A stretch of DNA of 64,000 nt from Acutalibacteraceae bacterium (lineage in GTDB: Bacteria; Bacillota; Clostridia; Oscillospirales; Acutalibacteraceae), in NCBI GenBank assembly GCA_045590855.1, contig JAZNRV010000077.1:2693-66692 (forward strand). Direction: 5' to 3'. Shown here piece after piece: positions 39,373 to 47,949 of the stretch. Position 1 is the first letter of the stretch. Each line of letters opens with the position of its first letter. The notes below the pieces were generated by a model. That model saw nothing but the letters and a program-made list of their open reading frames with translations. It searched no databases and was not told where the DNA came from. The translations under genes were made by a program, and so were the position numbers.

Positions 39373-39648
39373 TAGGGTGGCAAGACTCGAATCTTGCCAC
39401 GGTTTCGCGCGCCGCTTTTGTCCGTGCGGCTTTACGCTTATTTTGCAAGGCGGCAGCCTTGCGGCAAATTTCGCGCTTTGCCGCACAAAAAATTCGGCGG
39501 CAGAAACGCTTTGCTCTTACAAACAGAAAAATTGTTGTTTCGCCTAAGCCGCGAAGCGCCATAATCCTTGCGGATTACAAGCGACAAGGCAACGGCGAGA
39601 GACATTTATCGTTTGTAAGACGTGACAAGTTCAAATCTTGTCACCCTA
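39373..39648. repeat. 276-bp non-coding element A bounded by TA and 27/28-nt terminal inverted repeats (MITE-like or structured RNA)
   Basis: Left TAGGGTGGCAAGACTCGAATCTTGCCAC (39373-39400). Right GTGACAAGTTCAAATCTTGTCACCCTA (39622-39648). Match is 23/28, with all 4 substitutions transitions. Each arm also self-folds. The interior is a chain of GC-rich hairpins. Confidence 0.75.
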
Positions 39649-40870
39649 TACGAGAATATCGTTTTCCGGGATAACTTTTTACGCAACCGAACAATTCCAG
39701 TTCCGTTAGTGCCGCAAAAACTTTTCCGGTCGGTAAACCGGTAACAGCACACAACCATTCGGCTGTTTGAGGAGATTCCGTCAGCGTTTCAAACACTTGT
39801 TTTGCTGTCGGTGTTGCAGTTTGCGGGCATGAAACCGACGGTTCAAACGTTATCGGTGTGGCATCTGCTACGCGCCGATGCGAAATCGGTGCTTTTGAAG
39901 GGAATGGAGGCTTGTTGAGCACAAATTGATAGTATGCCTCTTGTGCGGTATTCGCTTCGTCCTCTTGCAGTGTACCACGACAACGATATTGATATTCCCC
40001 CAAAATCTCACCGGCGCGCGTTACCATGGTGGCACCATCTTTGATGAGTGCATTGGAACCTACGCTTTCCGGCGACAAAGCATTACCGGGAACCGCAAAA
40101 ACATCGCGGTTTTGTTCGCGCGCCGTACGCGCGGTAATCAGCGCACCGCTTATTTCGGGTGCTTCCACCACACAAAGTCCCCAAGACAATCCGCTTATCA
40201 AGCGGTTACGCACTTGATAATGGTAAGAATGTCCCGGAGTATCCGGTGGATATTCCGTAATGATTGCTCCGTTGTTTTCCAAAACATTTCGGCGCATTTT
40301 TTGTGTGCTTTTGGGATATTCCACATTAAGACCGCAGGGTTTTATGACCACCGTGGTACCACCGGCGTACAATGCACCTTCGTGCGCGGCGCAGTCAATA
40401 CCCCTGGCACCGCCGCTGACAACAATACACCCCGCGGCGGCTAAACCCGCCGCAATGCCACCCGCCACGGTTTTGCCGTAGGTTGTACATTCACGCGTGC
40501 CGACTATGCCGACAGAAGGTGTTGCCGTGGCATCAAAGTCGGGCAACAAACCTTGTCCGTACAAGACAAGCGGTGGAGAATATAATTGTCGCAGCACCTC
40601 CGGATACAAATCGTCATCGGGTGTAAGGTACCAACCTATTTTAGCACTGCGTTCAAGAATCTTTTGTGCTGTGGCAAGGGATTTGTTACACAAATTTTCT
40701 GTTGTTTTTTCGCCGAGCCCTACTTGGGACAAAGCCTCTTTATCGGCGACATAAATTTCTTTTGGAGAGGAAAACCGATTTGACAACATCGGCACAGCTG
40801 AACTGCCTTGACCCACGGCTTGTTGCAACCATACCCAGTATACCGCATTATCCGTCACAGCAAGCACCAC
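39641..40870 (-). CDS. dprA: DNA processing protein DprA
   Basis: Rossmann-like core VGTRECTTYG...VVSGGARGIDCAAHEGAL...VFAVPG, C-terminal winged helix. Start uncertain (GTG 40858/40867/40870 or ATG 40918). The TGA stop lies inside the element A repeat. Confidence 0.88.
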   Translation of the reverse strand: MVLAVTDNAVYWVWLQQAVGQGSSAVPMLSNRFSSPKEIYVADKEALSQVGLGEKTTENLCNKSLATAQKILERSAKIGWYLTPDDDLYPEVLRQLYSPPLVLYGQGLLPDFDATATPSVGIVGTRECTTYGKTVAGGIAAGLAAAGCIVVSGGARGIDCAAHEGALYAGGTTVVIKPCGLNVEYPKSTQKMRRNVLENNGAIITEYPPDTPGHSYHYQVRNRLISGLSWGLCVVEAPEISGALITARTAREQNRDVFAVPGNALSPESVGSNALIKDGATMVTRAGEILGEYQYRCRGTLQEDEANTAQEAYYQFVLNKPPFPSKAPISHRRVADATPITFEPSVSCPQTATPTAKQVFETLTESPQTAEWLCAVTGLPTGKVFAALTELELFGCVKSYPGKRYSRIG

Positions 40871-41660
40871 CTTCTCGCACCATTTCCCAAAAAACAATAC
40901 CGGCGGCGACCGAGGCATTCAACGATTCCGCGCGCCCCGCCATGGGAATGGTAATGTTGAGGGAACATGCCTTTTGTGTTTTGGCAGACAGTCCGTTGCC
41001 TTCGTTGCCGATAACGCACACCGTGCCGGCTCCTAAAGAGGCTTTTTCAATCGGTACAGCGTCATTGTTTACCACGCAAGCGGCCGTTTTGAGTCCTTGG
41101 TTGTTGAGCGTTTCCAAAGAATCTGCCAGCGAATCCGTAAAAAACAGCGGTAAACGAAACACACCGCCCATACTGCCGCGCAACACTTTGGGACTGTACG
41201 GGTCGCAGCAACCATCGGATAAAATGAGTCCATCAAGCCCAAATGCTTCCGCCGCACGAATAATGGTCCCCAAATTAGACGGGTCTTGCACACATTCCAG
41301 CGCGGCATAACGTCCTTGCGGTGACAACCTGCCAACCGACAATTCCTGCCGTTGGGGCAACGTACAAATACAAAAAATCCCTTGCGGGGTTTGCGTGTCT
41401 GCCAAGTAAGATGCCAACGTATCCTCAATTTCAAAAGAGGATGTCGTTGCAGAACATACTGTCAAGACGCTTTCGGGGTATTGCTTTGCCGCACGGGAAG
41501 TGAACAAAACAACAGCAATATCAACGTTCGAGCGTGCAGCATCGACACACAAACGTGCGCCTTCCAAAACAAATTGGCAGTTTTGTCGACGGTATTTTGC
41601 GTCGGTTGCCAGTTTGCGATATTCTTTTATGAAGCGATTATCGCGACTGGTAATAACCAT
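40848..41660 (-). CDS. TrmH/SpoU-family RNA 2'-O-methyltransferase (RlmB-like)
   Basis: ITSRDNRFIKEYRKL..., DPSNLGTIIRAAEAFG, IGNEGNGLS, IPMAGRAESLNASVAAGI. Confidence 0.9.
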   Translation of the reverse strand: MVITSRDNRFIKEYRKLATDAKYRRQNCQFVLEGARLCVDAARSNVDIAVVLFTSRAAKQYPESVLTVCSATTSSFEIEDTLASYLADTQTPQGIFCICTLPQRQELSVGRLSPQGRYAALECVQDPSNLGTIIRAAEAFGLDGLILSDGCCDPYSPKVLRGSMGGVFRLPLFFTDSLADSLETLNNQGLKTAACVVNNDAVPIEKASLGAGTVCVIGNEGNGLSAKTQKACSLNITIPMAGRAESLNASVAAGIVFWEMVREGGACCDG

Positions 41661-41678
41661 GCGGCACCCCCCTTTTTT

Positions 41679-41956
41679 TAAGGTGACACGACTAATCCGA
41701 ACCTTGTTTTAAGAAGGCAGATTTTCGCTCACCCGTCGTTAAAATACTCGCCAATACGGGAGTATTCGCTGCGTTTTTGCCTTGCTTGACCGAGAAATCC
41801 GCTCTTCTTAAAATCTTCGACCTGAAAGCGAGAAGATTTCGAGGGATTTGCGTTCAAGTTGGGCGAAGCAAGGCTTTCGCCTTGCGAGAACAAATTGGGC
41901 AGAAATGCCCGAAATATACCGCTTTAAGGCAGGTTCGGACTGGTCGCGTCACCTTA
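41679..41956. repeat. 278-bp non-coding element B bounded by TA and 26-nt terminal inverted repeats; same head as element A
   Basis: Left TAAGGTGACACGACTAATCCGAACCT (41679-41704). Right AGGTTCGGACTGGTCGCGTCACCTTA (41931-41956). Match is 23/26, with the 3 differences all transitions. The interior has hairpins including GCAAGGC-N4-GCCTTGC, also seen in A. Confidence 0.75.
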
Positions 41957-41960
41957 GGTT

Positions 41961-42007
41961 CACAAAACCAAGAACTGCGCCCGTTGACATTCACCACGGG
42001 CGCAGTT
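41961..42007 (-). terminator. rho-independent terminator after rplT
   Basis: Minus strand AACTGCGCCCG-N13-CGGGCGCAGTT then CTTGGTTTTGTG. Confidence 0.75.
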
Positions 42008-42012
42008 ACAGC

Positions 42013-42369
42013 TTATTTTAAAGCGGCTTTGGCTTTTTCTGCCAGACCTGCAAAAGCAGCGGCATCCGAAACAGCAAGTTCTGCCAACATTTTGCGGTTT
42101 AAAGTGATGTTTGCCTTTTTCAAACCGTTCATAAATGTAGAATAGTTCATGCCGTTGATTTTGGCTGCTGCGGAAATACGAACAATCCACAGACGGCGGA
42201 AATCTCTTTTGCGTTGTTTACGGCCGATGTAAGCATATTGACCGGATTTCATCACCGCTTCTTTGGCGGTGCGGAACAACTTGGATTTTGCACCAAAATA
42301 TCCTTTTGCTAATTTTAATACTTTTTTTCTTCTTTTGCGCGTCATCATAGCGCCTTTAATTCTAGCCAT
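42013..42369 (-). CDS. rplT: 50S ribosomal protein L20
   Basis: [26 protein letters not shown]... Confidence 0.97.
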   Translation of the reverse strand: MARIKGAMMTRKRRKKVLKLAKGYFGAKSKLFRTAKEAVMKSGQYAYIGRKQRKRDFRRLWIVRISAAAKINGMNYSTFMNGLKKANITLNRKMLAELAVSDAAAFAGLAEKAKAALK

Positions 42370-42399
42370 TGTTCATTTATCCTCCGTTTCTGAACTCGA

Positions 42400-42597
42400 T
42401 TATTTGTAAGGAATCAGGCGCTTGACCTGAGCCACATTGGTTACGTCGGCAACTGCCGTTTTACGAAGATTTCTTTTGCGTTTGGTGGTTTTCTTGTTCA
42501 GAATGTGGGATTTGTACGCGTGCGCACGCAAAACCTTACCGGTTTTTGTTAATTTGAAACGCTTTTTCGCGCCGCTGTGTGTTTTGATTTTAGGCAT
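42400..42597 (-). CDS. rpmI: 50S ribosomal protein L35
   Basis: [22 protein letters not shown]... Confidence 0.97.
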   Translation of the reverse strand: MPKIKTHSGAKKRFKLTKTGKVLRAHAYKSHILNKKTTKRKRNLRKTAVADVTNVAQVKRLIPYK

Positions 42598-42625
42598 AAC
42601 AGTATCCTCCTTAAATTTTACTTTC

Positions 42626-43144
42626 TTATTTTGCAGTTTTGGGTGCTAAAAACATCAGCATATTGCGGCCTTCCATTTTTGCAGGTTTTTCGACAGCCGC
42701 TAATTCGGAACACGCTTCTTCAAACCGATTCATGATTTCTGTTCCGATTTCCGGATGGCCCATTTCACGTCCACGGAAACGAATGGAAACTTTGACTTTG
42801 TTCCCCTCTTGCAAAAAGCGCAGAGCGTGCTTGGCTTTGGTGTTAAAATCCGCAACGTCAATATTGAGCGACAAACGAATTTCCTTTGTTTCTACCAAAC
42901 GTTGATTTTTTCGTGCCTCTTTTTCTTTTTTGGCTTGTTCAAACCGATATTTACCGTAATCCATAATACGGCAAACCGGCGGTACAGCCGTGGGAGCGAT
43001 TTTGACCAAATCATATCCCCGTTCTTCTGCCAACGACAGTGCTTCTTGTGCTGACATTATGCCAAGTTGTTCACCGTCTTCGGCAATGACACGTACCTCT
43101 GCATCATGAATCTGCTCGTTAATCTGCAATTCCTTGGTTGCTAT
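42626..43144 (-). CDS. infC: translation initiation factor IF-3, non-canonical ATA start
   Basis: [29 protein letters not shown] matches IF-3 N-termini. GGAGGTG lies exactly 7 nt upstream of ATA 43142-43144. The TTG used by the track (43129) is 22 nt from the SD. Confidence 0.9.
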   Translation of the reverse strand: MATKELQINEQIHDAEVRVIAEDGEQLGIMSAQEALSLAEERGYDLVKIAPTAVPPVCRIMDYGKYRFEQAKKEKEARKNQRLVETKEIRLSLNIDVADFNTKAKHALRFLQEGNKVKVSIRFRGREMGHPEIGTEIMNRFEEACSELAAVEKPAKMEGRNMLMFLAPKTAK

Positions 43145-43321
43145 GAGTAAACACCTCCAACTTGATTTTGCTCAAAATTTGGTTTGAGCGAAAACAAAAA
43201 CGCGGGCAGAAATTGCCCGCGTAAACATACACTTTCAGTCCCAAAAGGTGACCATATCAACCTGTCAAGAACAGAATCCGCAGGTGAGAACGGGCAACGT
43301 TCTGCTTTGTTTTACCGACAA
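43145..43321 (-). promoter_or_regulatory. infC-rpmI-rplT leader with internal terminator (L20-leader-type attenuator)
   Basis: About 175-nt untranslated leader between the promoter and the infC SD. It contains an intrinsic terminator at 43191-43222, as in the Firmicute L20 autoregulatory leader. Confidence 0.6.
43191..43222 (-). terminator. attenuator terminator inside the infC leader
   Basis: Minus strand ACGCGGGCA-ATTTC-TGCCCGCGT followed by TTTTTGTTTT. Confidence 0.8.
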
Positions 43322-43350
43322 AGTATACCAACTTAAAACCAAAAAGTCAA
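43322..43350 (-). promoter_or_regulatory. sigma-A-type promoter for the infC operon
   Basis: Minus strand TTGACT, 17 nt spacer, TATACT. Confidence 0.6.
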
Positions 43351-43364
43351 TACCTTTTTTAAAA

Positions 43365-44333
43365 TTAAATAGAAATTTCGTGCGCCATGCAATAAAGTTC
43401 TTCGTCAAACGGCTTTTTCATGTTGAGCGCTTCTTCAATATCGTAATCCGTTATTCTGTCATTTTTGATGGAAACCACACGGTTGCTTTTGCCGGCGCAC
43501 AACAAATCCACCGCATAATTACCCATGCGACTGGCAAGCACACGGTCACGTACCGTGGGGTTACCACCGCGTTGTACGTGCCCCAAAATGGTAGCACGGG
43601 ATTCCACGCCCGTTTCTTCCTCAATCCGTTTGGTGAGTTCCACCACACCGCCGATACCTTCCGCCACGACAATGATAAAATGTTTTTTACCGGTTGCCGC
43701 GGTTTTTTGCATACGGTCAACGATGTCTTTTTTGAAATCAAACGGTACTTCCGGCACCAGCACGCTGGTAGCACCAACGGCAATACCCACGTTTAAAGCC
43801 AAGTAACCGCAACGGCGACCCATCACTTCCACCACACTGCAACGGTCGTGCGATTGGGATGTGTCACGCAGTTTGTCCACCATTTCCATACAGGTGTTCA
43901 AAGCAGTATCGTACCCTATCGTTTGCTCACAACAGGCAATGTCGTTATCAATCGTGCCCGGCAAGCCAATACACGGTACACCATGACGCGACAAATCTTG
44001 CGCACCGCGGAACGTACCGTCACCGCCGATGACAACCACACCGTCAATTTCAAAATCTTTACACGTTTGCACGGCTTTTTGCATGCCCGCCTCGGTGCAA
44101 AATTCGGGACTGCGTGCGGTATAAAGCGCGGTGCCGCCGCGGTGTATAATATCCGACACACTGCGCAAATCCATGGGTTTTAAATCACGGTTGATTAACC
44201 CGTTATATCCACGGTAGACACCATAAACCTCAAGACCGCGACCCAAAGCCGTACGCGTCACTGCACGAACAGCAGCGTTCATGCCGGGAGCGTCACCGCC
44301 GCTGGTTAATACCGCAATTTTACGAATAGACAT
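43365..44333 (-). CDS. pfkA: ATP-dependent 6-phosphofructokinase
   Basis: MSIRKIAVLTSGGDAPGMNAA...GGDGTF...PGTIDND. Start trimmed to ATG 44333. Confidence 0.95.
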   Translation of the reverse strand: MSIRKIAVLTSGGDAPGMNAAVRAVTRTALGRGLEVYGVYRGYNGLINRDLKPMDLRSVSDIIHRGGTALYTARSPEFCTEAGMQKAVQTCKDFEIDGVVVIGGDGTFRGAQDLSRHGVPCIGLPGTIDNDIACCEQTIGYDTALNTCMEMVDKLRDTSQSHDRCSVVEVMGRRCGYLALNVGIAVGATSVLVPEVPFDFKKDIVDRMQKTAATGKKHFIIVVAEGIGGVVELTKRIEEETGVESRATILGHVQRGGNPTVRDRVLASRMGNYAVDLLCAGKSNRVVSIKNDRITDYDIEEALNMKKPFDEELYCMAHEISI

Positions 44334-44424
44334 CTTACAAAGCCCTTCCTTTTTCACACATAATGACAATTTTAGTATTATTATATACACCGAAAAACAA
44401 AAGTGCAAGGCGGTCGCTTGTTTT

Positions 44425-47400
44425 TTAACCGTTTGTGCAACAATTTTGCTCTATTTTTGCAACATTTTGTCGTCCCAACACATTTTCCAGTTCTTTTAAC
44501 AAAACAGATTCGGGAGTTATCCAATATTCATGCGGTGCACGCAGCATTTTTCCCGTGTCGGTCAACCGCAAATATACAGGAAATTCACCTTCGAATACGC
44601 GCAATAATTTTTTGACACGACACCATTCTTCACTTTCCAACGAAGGAATTTTCAAATACAATCCCGACGGTGCCGAAGAGGTGGTAGCCGAAACCGTTGG
44701 CGTTTGCGCAGGTAACGCTTCGGGTGATGGGGTAATTTCCAACGAACTGACCAGCAGTTTCGGCGCTTCGTCTTCGCGGGCACTCAATTTCCCGTGTACG
44801 ACAACCACGCGACCCGCTTTTAAATTGGAGCGGCATTGTTCCAACGTTTTGGGGAACAGCACCAATTCCAAAGCACCGTACAAATCTTCCAACGTCACAT
44901 ACGCCATTTGAGCATTGGAACGCGTGTTTTTCAGTTGTACCGCACCAAGCATTCCTACCAACGTCACGGCTTGTCCGTCGGAAAAATCATGGCTTAGTGT
45001 CTGTTCGGAAAACGCATCCAAAATGCGGTCTATTCTTGCTGCCTTATAATACCGATGTACCGCTTCGTACGGTTGCATGGGATTGCCGGTCAGGTACATA
45101 CCGGCAACTTCCTTTTCCATTGCCAGCAATTCTTCGTACGGGAATTCCGACACACTCGGCAAAGCAGGCGGTGCCGATGCCGTATCGGGATTGTCAAAAA
45201 AGTCGAGTTGCCCCGAAAGGTTGCGGCGGTTAGCACTTTCGAGTTGTTCCAAAATATACGCCGAAGCCTCACACATTTGCCGACGATTGGCATCCAACCC
45301 GTCCAAGGCACCGCAACGAATCAAACTGTCCAGTGCGCGACGGTTAAATTCTCTGTACCCCGACAACCGTTGACAAAACGAATAAAAACTGACAAACGGA
45401 CCGTTTTCTTCCCGCTCGCTGACCATAACGCGAATCAAAGCTCGTCCAATGTTTTTGATAGCGGATAACCCAAAGCGAATATGGTCGCCCACCACAGTAA
45501 ACGATTCGGTACTTTCGTTCACCGACGGCGGCAACACGCGAATTCGCAGCCGTTCACATTCTCCGATATAGCCAATGATTTTCCCACTGTCCAACACACT
45601 GGTCAGCAGTGCTGCCATGTACTGTTTAGGGTAAAAGGCTTTTAAATATGCCGTTTGATACGCCACCATTGCATACGCCGCGGCATGAGATTTGTTAAAG
45701 GCATACGAAGCAAACGACGCCATTTCGTCAAAGATGCCGTTGGCTATCTTTTCGGAAACACCGCGGCGCATACAGCCTTCAACGACAATTTGTCCATGTT
45801 CGTCGGTAAGACCGTGAATGAAAATTTCACGTTCTTTGTTCATCACTTCGTGCTTTTTCTTGGACATGGCACGGCGTACCACATCCGCGCGACCAAGCGA
45901 ATATCCCGCCAAATCACGAAAAATCCGCATGACTTGTTCTTGATAGACAATGCACCCATACGTCACTTGCAATATCGGTTGCAACGCGGGATGAGCATAG
46001 GTGATTTTTTCGGGATGATGGCGGTTTTCAATGTAACGCGGAATCGAATCCATCGGACCCGGACGAAACAGTGAAATCACCGCAATCAAATCTTCAAAAC
46101 AATCGGGTTTTAATTGCGTCAGCACCCGCTTCATACCCGCCGATTCAAACTGAAAAACACCGTCGCTGTTTCCTTGTGACAACATTTTGTAAACCGCGGG
46201 GGCATCCAACGGAATATCTTTTATTGAAAAAGAGGGGTTAACGCGCCTTATCATGGTTTGCGTTTCTTCAATTACTGTCAGGTTACGCAAACCTAAAAAG
46301 TCCATTTTGAGCAAACCTAATTCTTCCAAAGTGGTCATGGTATATTGCGTAGCAACCGCTTCGCCGTTGACGCAAAGCGGTACATATTCCGAAACCGGTT
46401 TTGCCGTAATCACCACACCGGCAGCATGCGTTGAGGCGTGGCGAGGCATACCTTCCAACTTTTGTGCCATGTCCAAAAGGGTGCGTACCCCGGCATCGGT
46501 TTCGTACATTTCTTTGAGTTCTCGCGATTGTTCCAACGCCTTTGCTAAGGTCATATTCAGTTCCCATGGCACACGTTTGGCAACCGCATCACCCACCGCA
46601 TAGGGCAATCCCAGCGCACGCGCAACATCGCGCACCGCGGCACGCGCCGCCATGGTACCAAAGGTAACAATCTGCGCCACGTGGTCTTCGCCATATTTGC
46701 GGATAACGTAATCAATAACTTGTTGACGTTTTTCGTTACAAAAATCAATATCAAAGTCCGGCATACTCACGCGTTCCGGATTTAAAAACCGTTCAAACAA
46801 CAAGTGATATTTTATGGGGTCAATCCCCGTAATTCCCAAGCAATAGGCGCACAAACTACCCGCGCCCGAGCCCCGCCCCGGTCCTACGGGAATGTTGTGG
46901 CTTTTGGCATACTGCACAAAGTCATTTACAATCAAATAGTAGTTAACATATCCCATACGGCGAACGGTTTGCATTTCATATTCCAGCCGTTCCACCACTG
47001 CTTTGTCGGGATTTTCACCATACAAACGGTACAATCCCGCATAGCATTGCTCGCGAAAATACTCCTCGCTGTCTTGACCGTTTGGCGCTTCAAAATGCGG
47101 CAATTTGGTGTTGCCAAATTCCAAGGTAACCTGACAGCGGTCGGCAATTTTTTGCGTGTTATCAAAAGCCTCCGACAACGTCGGGAAAAGGCTTCGCATT
47201 TCTTCTTCGGATTTTATATAAAACTCGTCGGTTTCAAATGCCATGTCCGTGGGCTCGTCCACCGTGGTGTTGGTTTGAATACACAACAACACTTTTTGCA
47301 TGCGGGCATCTTCCCGCGAGAGATAATGGGCATCGTTGGTACACACAAGCGGGATTCCCGTTTCGCGGGAAAGACGAATAATCCCTTCGTTAACCACCGT

Positions 47401-47946
47401 TTGTTCTTGCAATCCATGGTCTTGAATTTCTAAAAAGAAATTATCCGCGCCAAACAATTCACGATACCGCTGCGCCGTTTGTTTAGCCAGTTCATAATTT
47501 CCGCGCCGCAAAGCGGTGGGAATCTTACCTGCCAAGCACGCAGAAAGCGCAATTAACCCTTCGTGGTACTGTGTAAGCAACTCTTCATCCACACGCGGTT
47601 TTCCGTAAAAGCCGTCGGTCCACGCCGTCGAAACCAAACGCACCAAATTGGCATAACCCGTTTCGTTTTCGCACAACAACACCAAATGATGATGCTCGTT
47701 ATCAATACCGTGCACTTTGTCGTGGCGCGAACGCGCCGCAACGTACACTTCACAGCCTAAAATAGGGTGAATGCCTTGCTTTTTGGCGGCTTTGTAAAAA
47801 TCCACCAACCCGTACATCACACCATGGTCGGTGACCGCTACGGCAGTTTGTCCCAGTTCCTTAACACGACGAATCAGCCCGTCCAAACGGCAAGCACCGT
47901 CCAGCAGGCTGTATTCACTATGCACGTGCAGGTGAACAAACGACAT
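44425..47946 (-). CDS. dnaE: DNA polymerase III alpha subunit (DnaE type)
   Basis: PHP domain MSFVHLHVHSEYSLLDG, polymerase core, OB fold; 1173 aa. Confidence 0.96.
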   Translation of the reverse strand: MSFVHLHVHSEYSLLDGACRLDGLIRRVKELGQTAVAVTDHGVMYGLVDFYKAAKKQGIHPILGCEVYVAARSRHDKVHGIDNEHHHLVLLCENETGYANLVRLVSTAWTDGFYGKPRVDEELLTQYHEGLIALSACLAGKIPTALRRGNYELAKQTAQRYRELFGADNFFLEIQDHGLQEQTVVNEGIIRLSRETGIPLVCTNDAHYLSREDARMQKVLLCIQTNTTVDEPTDMAFETDEFYIKSEEEMRSLFPTLSEAFDNTQKIADRCQVTLEFGNTKLPHFEAPNGQDSEEYFREQCYAGLYRLYGENPDKAVVERLEYEMQTVRRMGYVNYYLIVNDFVQYAKSHNIPVGPGRGSGAGSLCAYCLGITGIDPIKYHLLFERFLNPERVSMPDFDIDFCNEKRQQVIDYVIRKYGEDHVAQIVTFGTMAARAAVRDVARALGLPYAVGDAVAKRVPWELNMTLAKALEQSRELKEMYETDAGVRTLLDMAQKLEGMPRHASTHAAGVVITAKPVSEYVPLCVNGEAVATQYTMTTLEELGLLKMDFLGLRNLTVIEETQTMIRRVNPSFSIKDIPLDAPAVYKMLSQGNSDGVFQFESAGMKRVLTQLKPDCFEDLIAVISLFRPGPMDSIPRYIENRHHPEKITYAHPALQPILQVTYGCIVYQEQVMRIFRDLAGYSLGRADVVRRAMSKKKHEVMNKEREIFIHGLTDEHGQIVVEGCMRRGVSEKIANGIFDEMASFASYAFNKSHAAAYAMVAYQTAYLKAFYPKQYMAALLTSVLDSGKIIGYIGECERLRIRVLPPSVNESTESFTVVGDHIRFGLSAIKNIGRALIRVMVSEREENGPFVSFYSFCQRLSGYREFNRRALDSLIRCGALDGLDANRRQMCEASAYILEQLESANRRNLSGQLDFFDNPDTASAPPALPSVSEFPYEELLAMEKEVAGMYLTGNPMQPYEAVHRYYKAARIDRILDAFSEQTLSHDFSDGQAVTLVGMLGAVQLKNTRSNAQMAYVTLEDLYGALELVLFPKTLEQCRSNLKAGRVVVVHGKLSAREDEAPKLLVSSLEITPSPEALPAQTPTVSATTSSAPSGLYLKIPSLESEEWCRVKKLLRVFEGEFPVYLRLTDTGKMLRAPHEYWITPESVLLKELENVLGRQNVAKIEQNCCTNG

Positions 47947-47949
47947 GAT

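Noticed and set aside
39373-39390. AGGGTGG at the element A border resembles the T-box core AGGGTGGNACCGCG.
   Set aside because: Only 7 nt match. It sits at the 5' rather than 3' end of the element on either strand, no specifier or terminator arrangement is present, and the downstream gene is topA, not an aminoacyl-tRNA synthetase or amino-acid gene.
39600-39648. T-arm plus acceptor-like sequence (ACAAG-TTCAAAT-CTTGT-CACCCTA) suggesting a tRNA or tmRNA 3' end at the ends of element A.
   Set aside because: The matching 5' acceptor strand (TAGGGTG) is 270 nt away rather than about 70 nt, and no D or anticodon arms lie between. tmRNA, RNase P and SRP consensus blocks are absent. It is kept only as a descriptive resemblance.
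39347-39674. Three 66-71-aa ORFs on both strands inside element A.
   Set aside because: They are Arg/Ala/Cys-rich translations of GC-rich hairpin DNA, have no SD, and overlap each other. The region is better explained as non-coding repeat or RNA.
41679-41956. Element A or B as a retron msr-msd or an IS110/IS605-type guide RNA locus.
   Set aside because: No reverse transcriptase, recombinase, TnpB or IscB ORF is adjacent. The flanking genes are core housekeeping genes.
41777-42145. 122-aa plus-strand ORF spanning element B and the rplT 3' end.
   Set aside because: It runs antisense into rplT and through its terminator, has no SD, and has no recognisable protein features.
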